Assembly (NCBI GenBank): GCA_017396085.1
Contig: JAFQNC010000026.1
Coordinates: forward strand, 27,843 to 91,842
DNA from: Tidjanibacter sp.
GTDB lineage: Bacteria > Bacteroidota > Bacteroidia > Bacteroidales > Rikenellaceae
Reading direction: 5' to 3'
DNA length: 64,000 bases
The position numbers and the translations under genes were made by a program. Below the pieces are notes generated by a model that saw nothing but the letters and a program-made list of their open reading frames with translations, was not told the origin of the DNA and ran no database searches. This document shows, in pieces, positions 1 to 8,485 of this stretch (positions within the stretch are counted from its first letter, which is position 1; every line of letters begins with the position of its first letter).

Positions 1-1
1 C

Positions 2-268
2 ATTGAGGCCGAGATTGGTGCCGAAATTAACGAATCGACCAACGTGCTCTTGGAGAATGTGAAAATCGTTCCCCGCAAGGGTGCTGCTTTGAAGATTAAC
101 AATGCCAAGGATGTGGTTGTGAGAGGTTTCCTCTGCCCCGAGGGTATGCCCGAGGCTGTGAAAGTTACCGGTAGTCGCAACCGCAACATCACCATCTCCT
201 CCCCCACCGCCGGTGCCGACAATGCCAACATCGTGGCACGAGCAGCCGAGCAGGTGAGGTTTGAGTAG
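2..268 (+). CDS. C-terminal fragment of a beta-helix protein, probably GH28 polygalacturonase (5' end outside window)
   Basis: Frame open from base 2: IEAEIGAEINESTNVLLENVKIVPRKG-LKINNAKDVVV, a beta-helix-like repeat pattern; directly upstream of pectin genes. No catalytic motif visible. Confidence 0.5.
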   Translation: MEAEIGAEINESTNVLLENVKIVPRKGAALKINNAKDVVVRGFLCPEGMPEAVKVTGSRNRNITISSPTAGADNANIVARAAEQVRFE

Positions 269-339
269 GCACACACCCTTTTACCTTATAGCATAGTTTT
301 ACACATAAGGTCCATAATCGGAGAAATAACCAACCCCCT

Positions 340-2277
340 ATGAAAAAGTTGAGATTTTTGGGCGCACTGCTTGCAGCCCTTTGTGTTGTCGGCTGCGGTC
401 CCGAGATAACCGAAGAGCCCACGCCAGAGCCCCTTACTGCACCCACGGGAGTGGCCGTTACGGCCACCACCACTACCACCATAGCCCTCAAGTGGGGCAG
501 TGTGGAGGGTGCCAAAGGATATGAAGTAAGGTGCAAGAGCGCATCGGGCTACTTCTCCACCAAGAGCGACACCACGGTAGCAACCGTGTCGGGCCTCACA
601 AAGAGCACCGACTATCAGTTGGCCGTGAGGGCCACCGATGGCGAGCGCAAGAGCCCGTGGAGTGAGTACGTTGCAGCCCGCACAGCCGACAAAGAGGATG
701 TTGGCGGTGGTGGTAATGATGACGACCAAGGCGGTGGCAATGACGACAACCAAGGCGGCGGTGGCAATGATGACCAAGGCGGCACAACTCCCGACCTTCC
801 TGATGACCCCGTGGTAACACCCCAAAACCCCGACAACAGCAAGTGGATGTTGCCCTCGTGGGAGAACGATGGCGTGGTGAGGGCCTTCCCCGGAGCCGAA
901 GGTGGCGGTATGTACACCACAGGTGGCCGTGGGGGCAAGGTGTTGCACGTAACCAACCTAAACGACAGTGGCGAGGGGTCGTTCCGTTGGGCTGTGAGCC
1001 AGAGCGGAGCACGCACCATCGTCTTTGACGTGGCCGGCACCATCCATCTCAAAAGCACCCTGCGCATCAACTCCGGCAACCTGACCATCGCAGGTCAGAC
1101 CGCTCCGGGTGATGGTATCTGCATCGCCGGTCGCACGGTGAATGTAAATGCCAGCAACATCATCATACGCTACCTGCGTTTCCGCCTCGGCAACGAGGAC
1201 AAGTCGCAGGAGGATGCCATCTGGGGTCGCTACAACAGCGACATCATCCTCGACCACTGCTCGATGAGTTGGTCCATAGATGAAGGCTCCTCGTTCTATG
1301 CCAACAAGAACTTCACGATGCAGTGGTGTATGGTGGCCGAGGCACTCAAAAATGCAGGCCACACAAAGGGTGCCCACGGCTATGGTGGCATTTGGGGTGG
1401 TCGCAACGCCTCGTTCCACCACAATATGCTCGCACACAACGACAGCCGCAACCCACGCTTTGACCACCCCGAGGTCTACGACAACTACGTTGCTACCCAT
1501 CGTGGCAATGCCGACTATCGCAACAATGTGGTCTACAACTGGGGCGGCAACTCCACCTACGGTGGTGAGGGTGCGTGGTGGAATGTGGTGGGTAACTACT
1601 ACAAGCCGGGCCCCGCAAGCAGGGAGCGAAAATATTTTGTGGATGCCAACGGTATCTACAGCAGTAGTGGCACCGACTATGGCTATGCCACAATGCACGT
1701 GAGTGGCAACTACCACGCAGGCTCCTATGCCGCAAGCATCAACTCCGACAACTGGAGCGGCATCTACCTACACGATGGCTCCAAGCCCAGCAACTACAAC
1801 TCGTGGAAATCGACCGCCCAACTCCCCATTCGCAAGAACGACACACAGCAGTGTTTCACCACCACCCACACCGCCCAGAAAGCCTTTGAGCAGGTGTTGG
1901 CCCACGTGGGCGCATCCCACCGCAGGGACAGCGTAGACGAGCGTATCGTTGGCGAGGCCAAGAATGGCACCTATACCAACAAAGGCTCCAATGGTGGCAA
2001 GAATGGCATCATTGACTCCCACACCGATGCGGGTGGTTGGCCCACCCTCTCGGCCTCGGCAGAGGAGTTGGCGAGGGTGAAGGATACGGATGGCGATGGT
2101 ATGCCCGACTGGTTTGAGAGCGAGGTGGGCACCGACAAAAATAGTGCTGCCGATGGCAACCACACCACCCTTGACAAGGAGGGACGCTACACCAACCTCG
2201 AAATCTACCTCCACTACCTCGTGCGTGAGCAGGTGGCAGCCCAATGCAGCGGCGGCACCTACGAAGCAATCAGGTAG
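340..2277 (+). CDS. Pectate lyase PL1 lipoprotein with N-terminal fibronectin-III domain and G/N/D linker
   Basis: Lipobox LCVVGC; FN3-like segment (APTGVAVT...W...Y...SPWS); AFPGAEGGG, GGRGG, GQTAPGDGI, DHCSMSWSIDE, RNPRFDH and D-x-DGDGMPD motifs of Bacteroidetes PL1. Confidence 0.92.
   Translation: MKKLRFLGALLAALCVVGCGPEITEEPTPEPLTAPTGVAVTATTTTTIALKWGSVEGAKGYEVRCKSASGYFSTKSDTTVATVSGLTKSTDYQLAVRATDGERKSPWSEYVAARTADKEDVGGGGNDDDQGGGNDDNQGGGGNDDQGGTTPDLPDDPVVTPQNPDNSKWMLPSWENDGVVRAFPGAEGGGMYTTGGRGGKVLHVTNLNDSGEGSFRWAVSQSGARTIVFDVAGTIHLKSTLRINSGNLTIAGQTAPGDGICIAGRTVNVNASNIIIRYLRFRLGNEDKSQEDAIWGRYNSDIILDHCSMSWSIDEGSSFYANKNFTMQWCMVAEALKNAGHTKGAHGYGGIWGGRNASFHHNMLAHNDSRNPRFDHPEVYDNYVATHRGNADYRNNVVYNWGGNSTYGGEGAWWNVVGNYYKPGPASRERKYFVDANGIYSSSGTDYGYATMHVSGNYHAGSYAASINSDNWSGIYLHDGSKPSNYNSWKSTAQLPIRKNDTQQCFTTTHTAQKAFEQVLAHVGASHRRDSVDERIVGEAKNGTYTNKGSNGGKNGIIDSHTDAGGWPTLSASAEELARVKDTDGDGMPDWFESEVGTDKNSAADGNHTTLDKEGRYTNLEIYLHYLVREQVAAQCSGGTYEAIR
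703..783 (+). repeat. In-frame low-complexity linker repeat (GGGNDDxQ) x3
   Basis: Three imperfect copies encoding GGGGNDDDQ, GGGNDDNQ and GGGGNDDQ between the FN3 and lyase domains. Confidence 0.8.
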
Positions 2278-2332
2278 GGGAAGGAGTGGCAGGAAGGATA
2301 GCAAAGTGCAGAAAAGAGCAACAAAGAGCAGA

Positions 2333-2392
2333 CCTTAAACTCCTTAAACTCCTTAAACTCTCAACAACCAACAACCTATAACCTATAACCAA
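2333..2392. repeat. 9-mer array (CCTTAAACT)x3 plus short heptamer array (AACCTAT)
   Basis: Read directly in the PL1 / CE12-CE8 intergenic gap. Confidence 0.85.
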
Positions 2393-2397
2393 TAACG

Positions 2398-4029
2398 ATG
2401 AAACGACTACTCACCATACTCTCCGCTCTGTGTTGCACGCTGTGCGTGGCGCAGGCACAAATCACACTCTTCGTGTGTGGCGACTCCACAGCCGCCACCA
2501 AAGACATCTCCAAAGGGTCGCCCGAGCGAGGCTGGGGACACGTGTTGCAACCCTTCTTCGACCCCGCAGAGGTGGTGGTGGAAAACCACGCCAAGAATGG
2601 TCGCAGCACCAAATCTTTCGTAACACTGGGCCATTGGCAGGTGGTGGAAGAGCGAATGAAACCGGGCGACTATGTATTCATTGAGTTTGGACACAACGAC
2701 ACCAAAGTGGATGACACTCTGCGCTTTACCACACCCGAACAGTATGGGCGCAACCTGCTCCGCTACATAGAAATCGTGCGCAGCAAGGGAGCCACCCCCG
2801 TGTTGATGACACAGGTGTGCAGGCGTTGGTGGAAGAATGGCGAGTTGGCCGACTCCCACGGAGAGTATCTCACCGAGTGCCACCGAGTGGCCAAGGAGAG
2901 CGGTGTGCTCTTCATTGATGCCGAAAAACTAACCCGAGAGTGGCTCACCCCGCTGGGCGATGAGGGCAGCAGGAGGTACTTTATGAACCTTCCCGCAGGC
3001 AAGTATCCCAGCCACCCCGATGGCAAGACCGACAACACCCACTTCACCGTGGAGGGAGCCCGCATCGTGGCCCGTATGCTCGCACGTGAGATGGTAAATA
3101 TCATCCCCGAACTGGCCCCCCACCACAGGGAGCACCACTTTGTGGTGGCCAAAGATGGCAGTGGCGACTTCTTCACCGTGAGCGATATGGTGGAGGCTCT
3201 GCCCAACTTCCACAAGGGTGTGCAGGAGCCCATTAGGGTGCTCATTAGGGAAGGACACTATGAGGAGAAGGTGGTTATTCCCTCCACCAAGCAGAACATA
3301 CACATTGAGGGCGAAGGCGAGGTGGTTATCACTTGGGGCGATTGGGCCCAAAAGGTGGGCCCCGCAGGTGGGCAGCTCGGCACCAGTGGCTCGGCAACCC
3401 TCTACAATTGTGGGCACAACATCACCATTGAGAACATCACCATTGAGAACTCCGCAGGCGAGGTGGGCCAAGCAGTGGCTCTCCAAGCAGTTGGCACAGG
3501 GGTGCAGACCTATGTTGGGTGCCGTCTGTTGGGCAATCAGGACACCTTGTATATATATGGTGTGGGCAATCGTGATGGCGAGCAGGTGAGCCACAACATC
3601 CACTGCACCTTCCGCAGGTGCTACATTGAGGGCACCACCGACTTCATCTTCGGCTCGGGAGCAGCCGACTTTGTGGAGTGCAGCATCCACTCCAAGAAGG
3701 ACTCCTACATCACCGCCGCCAGCACCTGCAAGGGCCAAGAGAGGGGTCTGGTGTTTGTGCGCTGCGACCTCACCGCCGCCGAGGGGGTAACCAAGTGTTA
3801 CCTCGGTCGTCCGTGGAGAGCCTATGCGCAGACATTCTTTGTGGAGTGCACCTTGGGTGGGCACATCCGCCCCGAGGGTTGGCACAACTGGAACAAGCCC
3901 GAGGCCGAGCGCACAGCACACTATGGCGAGTGGGGCTCCACGGGCGAGGGCGCAAACCCCAAAGCGAGGGTAAAGTGGGCCAAGAGGCTCTCACAAAAGG
4001 AGCGTAACGAATTGGTGGGCACGCTCTAA
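2398..4029 (+). CDS. Fused pectin acetylesterase (CE12, SGNH) and pectin methylesterase (CE8)
   Basis: Signal peptide; GDST, GRSTKSF, FGHND and DNTH motifs; C-terminal QAVAL, QDTLY, DFIFG and LGRPW CE8 motifs. Confidence 0.9.
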   Translation: MKRLLTILSALCCTLCVAQAQITLFVCGDSTAATKDISKGSPERGWGHVLQPFFDPAEVVVENHAKNGRSTKSFVTLGHWQVVEERMKPGDYVFIEFGHNDTKVDDTLRFTTPEQYGRNLLRYIEIVRSKGATPVLMTQVCRRWWKNGELADSHGEYLTECHRVAKESGVLFIDAEKLTREWLTPLGDEGSRRYFMNLPAGKYPSHPDGKTDNTHFTVEGARIVARMLAREMVNIIPELAPHHREHHFVVAKDGSGDFFTVSDMVEALPNFHKGVQEPIRVLIREGHYEEKVVIPSTKQNIHIEGEGEVVITWGDWAQKVGPAGGQLGTSGSATLYNCGHNITIENITIENSAGEVGQAVALQAVGTGVQTYVGCRLLGNQDTLYIYGVGNRDGEQVSHNIHCTFRRCYIEGTTDFIFGSGAADFVECSIHSKKDSYITAASTCKGQERGLVFVRCDLTAAEGVTKCYLGRPWRAYAQTFFVECTLGGHIRPEGWHNWNKPEAERTAHYGEWGSTGEGANPKARVKWAKRLSQKERNELVGTL

Positions 4030-4068
4030 GGAGAAAAACGAATTGTAAACACGCCAAACAAGATTGAG

Positions 4069-7000
4069 ATGCGAGGACAAGGAAAGAAGATAGTAGCGGT
4101 GTGCATTGCGCTATGGGCATTGGCAGTCGTGGCCCCACAAAGGGTGTCGGCCGAACCCCTGCGCGGTGTCTTTACCGAGTACTCATCCATTGACGGACTC
4201 GCACACAACAACATACACGACATCTACACCGACTCGCGCGGCTTTGTGTGGCTCTGCACGTGGAATGGTGTGAGCCGCTTCGATGGCTACACCTTCAAGA
4301 ACTACTGCACCGACCCGAAAAATATGCCCGTGAGGCACAACCGCTTCCGAGGTGTGGAGGAGGATAGCGTGGGCAACCTCTGGTTCCGCACCTATGATGA
4401 CCACATCTACCGCTTCAGCCGCCACAGCGAGCAGTTTGAGGATGTGTGTGAGCACATCGACCAACTCCACGACCGTTCCTACCGTGTGGGCAAGGTGCTT
4501 TGCAGTGCCCATTCCGACAGGGTGTGGGTGGAGTATCAGGGCTTCGGCCTTGTTGGTTTCTACAACGACAAGGATGGTAACCTGCTGTGCCACAACCTTA
4601 TTGGTAACCCCCTCTTGGGAACCGATGTTAGCCTGATGTGTGAGGGCGAAGGTGGCGAGTTGTGGGCTGTGGGCAATGATACCAACATCTTACGCATAGG
4701 TGCTGAGGGCTTCGTGGAGCGTGTGGCCACAGCCGAAGGGCCCATTGTGGAGATTATCAACTGCGGTACCCACATAGTCTGCGCCACCTCTCACTCGGTG
4801 CTGTTTGTAGACAGGCAAAGTGGTCTGGTGGCAAAAGAGGTTGCCTTCGGTAGCGACACAATCACCACGCTTGCATCCTCAAACAAGGGCCAAGTGGTCT
4901 ACGTTGGCACTCTCCGTAGCGGTCTGTGGGCCGTGGATGGCGAGAGTGGCAAGGTGGAGCACTTCCATCGTGGCTCCGTACCCAGTCGCATACGCAACCT
5001 CACCGTGGACTCCCACGGCACCGTGTGGATAACCGACACAAGGGAGGGTATCACACGTTTTGCGCCCGAGAAGAAGAACTACAAACATTTCCGACAGCAG
5101 CGCAACACCGTGGACTACTACTCCGACACCACCTCAATGGTAATCGAACAGGCCGACAGGGTGTGGATAAAGATGAACCACGTGGGCTTCGGCTACTACG
5201 ACCGCAAGAACGACACCGTGGAGTCGTTCTACAACAACCCCTCGCAGTCGGATTGCAGGATGACCAACGGCGTGGCCCACTTTGAGGTGGGCAAGGATGG
5301 GGTGCTGTGGCTCTCCACCTACTACGAGCGAGGCTTGCAACGCATTGTGCTCCAGAGGGATGATACTTCATCCTCGGGCTCGTTTGCGGGCCTGCCGGCA
5401 AGGAGTAACTACTCCGATGAGGTCAGAGCCGTGGTGTGTACCCCGCAAGGCCACACTTGGGTGGGCACCAAGGAGGGACACCTCTACTGCTACAACCAAA
5501 GACACGAACTGCTCTACCACTATGACCGTCTGCCGAATGGCAACCCTATGGGGCCCATCTATGCCATCAAGCAGGACAGCAAGGGCTACCTGTGGGTGGG
5601 TACCAAAGGCGATGGTATCTACCGACTTACACCCCCAAGTGGCGGGCGCAAGAGCCACACCTTCAAGCACCTGAAACACAGCGAGAGTAACCCTTGGTCG
5701 CTCTCCAACGACCAAGTCTACTGCATTGAGGAGGACCGTGGTGGGCGCATTTGGGTAGCCACCTATGGCGGGGCTATCAATATGCTCACCGGCAGCGAAG
5801 AGAGCCGTTTCTACAACACCACCAATAGTTTCCCCCACTACCCCACCGAGCCCGGCGAAAAGGCTCGCTACATCATTTGCGACTCGGCCGAGAGGATGTT
5901 GGTGGGCACCTCGGAGGGGTTGTTGGTGTTCAACCCCACGGAGAGTCCGGAGAGTGTGAGGTTTGTGGTGGCTCAGCGCAGTGCAGACGACAACGGCCTG
6001 AAAGCCAACGATATAATTCACATACTTAAAACCCGCAACGGGCAAGTGTGGTTGTCCACCTATGGCGGTGGCTTGTGTCGCATTGAGGGCTACACCGAAC
6101 AGGGAGCACCCCTGTTTGAAACTCTCACCACCAGTGATGGACTATCAAGCAACATCGTGTTGGCCGCCACCGAGGACAGCGAGGGCTCTCTGTGGCTCTC
6201 CACCGAAAAGGGTATCTCCAAGTTTGAGCCCAAGGAGCGCATATTCACCAACTACACCCGCTACGACACCTTCAAACCCAATCTCTACAACGAGGCCGCC
6301 GCAGCAACCGATGCACAGGGCAACGTGCTCTTCGGCAGTGCCAACGACCTCCACGTGGTAAACCCCCGTCAGATGGTGCAGGAGGACTATGACTACCGCC
6401 TGAGATTCACCTCGTTGGAGGTGCAGAACAAAGAGGTGGAGGTGGGTAGCAAGGGCTCGCCACTGGAGAGTTCCATAAGCGAGGGTGGCAGTGTGGAGTT
6501 GCCGTGGGATTATGGGCTCTTCCGCATCCAGTTTGCCTCGCTCAACTTCCGTCTGCAAAACAGGGTTAATTACCTCTACAAACTCGATGGCTACGACTCC
6601 GAGTGGACCGACTCGCACAACACGGGTGGGGCCTACTACTCCAAAGTGCCCCCGGGCAGGTACACCTTCCGTGTGAAGGCCTACGTGGGTAACCACCTGA
6701 TGGCGGGCGAGGAGATTGTGCTTCCCATACACATCGTAACTCCACCTTGGCAGTCGTGGTGGGCGTGGTGCATCTATGTGGCTCTGACTGTGGGCATACT
6801 GTGGTTCATCGGGCATCTCTACCTTCGTATGGCCAAGTTGCGCACCGAAGCACGCATTGAGCAGGACACGGCCGAGATGAAACTCAAGTTCTTCACCAAC
6901 ATATCCCACGAGTTGCGCACTCCCCTAACCCTCATTATGGGCGGCATTGAGGAGGTGCAGAAGCACGAAAACCTCTCGCCAAGGGCCGAGAACAGCCTCA

Positions 7001-8451
7001 CGCTCTCCTACAAGAACTCCAAGCGTATGCTCTCGCTCATCAACCAAATTCTCGACTTCCGCAAGGTGGTCAAGAACAAGATGGAGTTGAGGGTGGAGAG
7101 GCTTGAAATTGTGGAGTTGGCCAAAGGAGTGGTGGATGATTTCAGGGACCTTGCCGATGAGCGCAAAATCAGCCTTATGTTCTCATTTTCAAGGGAAAAC
7201 ATCACCCTTTGGGGCGACCGACAAAGGCTCGAAAGTTTGCTCTACAATCTGCTGAGCAACTCAATGAAGTTCACCCACAACAAGGGTACAATCGCTCTGG
7301 AGGTCATCTCCAACGAGGAGCAGGGCCTTGTTACCATTCGCGTGCAGGACAACGGCATAGGTATCCCCAAAGAGCGACTCGGCTCCGTCTTCGACCGCTT
7401 TGCGCAGTATGCCTCGGCGGTGAGGGGCGACACGGGTGGCAGTGGTATAGGTCTGTCGCTGTGCAAGGAGATTGTGGAGTTGCACAAGGGCACCATTGAC
7501 GTGGAGAGCAAGGTGGGAAGTGGCACAACGTTCACCATCGGGCTCCCCCTCGGCAATGCCCACTTTGAGATGAATCAGATTGACTTCGGTGGGGATAGCA
7601 CCCAAGAGGAGAGCACCACAAGTGGGCCACGCCGCAAGGGAGTTACCGCACCTGAGGGGGCACAAAAGATACTGCTCGTGGAGGACAACAGCGAGGTGAG
7701 GGCCTTCATCTACAACAACCTCATCGACACCTATCGGGTGGTGGAGGCTGCCGATGGCGAGGAGGCTCTGGAGAAAATCGCCTCCGAGCAACCCGACATC
7801 GTCATCACCGACCTGATGATGCCCAAGATGGATGGCATCGAACTCGTGAACCGCATCCGCAAGGACTTCGAGACGAGCCACATACCCGTGGTGATGCTCA
7901 CCGCCAAGCAAACCCCCGAGGAGCGCATCAGGGCGATGAAATATGGAGCCGATGGCTACATCACCAAGCCTTTCAGTATGGAACTCCTGCTGGCCAAGAT
8001 TGACAACCTGCTCTCGCAGCGCAGGATACTCTTTGAGAAGATGTCCAAAGGCTCGGCACGCAACCGCATTGTGGAGGCCATACCGAAGAGTGATGTGGTG
8101 GTAACCAACAAAGACGAGCGTTTCCTGCAACAGATTATGGCTTGGATTGAGGAGAACATCGAGAATAGCGAACTGACCATTGACGATATGGCCACCCATA
8201 TGCTCATTGGTCGCACCACACTCTACAACAAAATCAAGTCGCTCACCGGCAAGTCGCCCGTGGAACTCATCAAGGAGTATCGCCTAACCAAGAGCGAAAT
8301 GTTGTTGCGCACGGGTCAGTTTGCGGTGTCGGAGGTGGCCTACAAGGTGGGCTTCTCGGACCCCGGTTACTTCAGCCGCTGCTTCAAGGAGCAGTACAAG
8401 AGTTCGCCCGTGGAGTATCTCAAAAAGCACAAAGTGAGAGTTGAAAGTTAA
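4069..8451 (+). CDS. Hybrid two-component sensor/regulator (HTCS)
   Basis: Beta-propeller repeats, Y_Y_Y-like domain, TM helix, FFTNISHELRTPL (HisKA), HATPase, receiver (VITDLMMPKMDG) and AraC HTH (VGFSDPGYFSRCFK). Confidence 0.96.
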   Translation: MRGQGKKIVAVCIALWALAVVAPQRVSAEPLRGVFTEYSSIDGLAHNNIHDIYTDSRGFVWLCTWNGVSRFDGYTFKNYCTDPKNMPVRHNRFRGVEEDSVGNLWFRTYDDHIYRFSRHSEQFEDVCEHIDQLHDRSYRVGKVLCSAHSDRVWVEYQGFGLVGFYNDKDGNLLCHNLIGNPLLGTDVSLMCEGEGGELWAVGNDTNILRIGAEGFVERVATAEGPIVEIINCGTHIVCATSHSVLFVDRQSGLVAKEVAFGSDTITTLASSNKGQVVYVGTLRSGLWAVDGESGKVEHFHRGSVPSRIRNLTVDSHGTVWITDTREGITRFAPEKKNYKHFRQQRNTVDYYSDTTSMVIEQADRVWIKMNHVGFGYYDRKNDTVESFYNNPSQSDCRMTNGVAHFEVGKDGVLWLSTYYERGLQRIVLQRDDTSSSGSFAGLPARSNYSDEVRAVVCTPQGHTWVGTKEGHLYCYNQRHELLYHYDRLPNGNPMGPIYAIKQDSKGYLWVGTKGDGIYRLTPPSGGRKSHTFKHLKHSESNPWSLSNDQVYCIEEDRGGRIWVATYGGAINMLTGSEESRFYNTTNSFPHYPTEPGEKARYIICDSAERMLVGTSEGLLVFNPTESPESVRFVVAQRSADDNGLKANDIIHILKTRNGQVWLSTYGGGLCRIEGYTEQGAPLFETLTTSDGLSSNIVLAATEDSEGSLWLSTEKGISKFEPKERIFTNYTRYDTFKPNLYNEAAAATDAQGNVLFGSANDLHVVNPRQMVQEDYDYRLRFTSLEVQNKEVEVGSKGSPLESSISEGGSVELPWDYGLFRIQFASLNFRLQNRVNYLYKLDGYDSEWTDSHNTGGAYYSKVPPGRYTFRVKAYVGNHLMAGEEIVLPIHIVTPPWQSWWAWCIYVALTVGILWFIGHLYLRMAKLRTEARIEQDTAEMKLKFFTNISHELRTPLTLIMGGIEEVQKHENLSPRAENSLTLSYKNSKRMLSLINQILDFRKVVKNKMELRVERLEIVELAKGVVDDFRDLADERKISLMFSFSRENITLWGDRQRLESLLYNLLSNSMKFTHNKGTIALEVISNEEQGLVTIRVQDNGIGIPKERLGSVFDRFAQYASAVRGDTGGSGIGLSLCKEIVELHKGTIDVESKVGSGTTFTIGLPLGNAHFEMNQIDFGGDSTQEESTTSGPRRKGVTAPEGAQKILLVEDNSEVRAFIYNNLIDTYRVVEAADGEEALEKIASEQPDIVITDLMMPKMDGIELVNRIRKDFETSHIPVVMLTAKQTPEERIRAMKYGADGYITKPFSMELLLAKIDNLLSQRRILFEKMSKGSARNRIVEAIPKSDVVVTNKDERFLQQIMAWIEENIENSELTIDDMATHMLIGRTTLYNKIKSLTGKSPVELIKEYRLTKSEMLLRTGQFAVSEVAYKVGFSDPGYFSRCFKEQYKSSPVEYLKKHKVRVES

Positions 8452-8485
8452 AACATATTTTCCCCCATTGAATAGTATAACCCGT

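Noticed and set aside
8441-8485. Upstream ORF-track starts (8441, 23886, 34046, 39316, 52458, 55794, 57634, 61326)
   Set aside because: Downstream ATGs give proper signal peptides or family N-termini, and the extensions overlap promoters or neighbouring genes.
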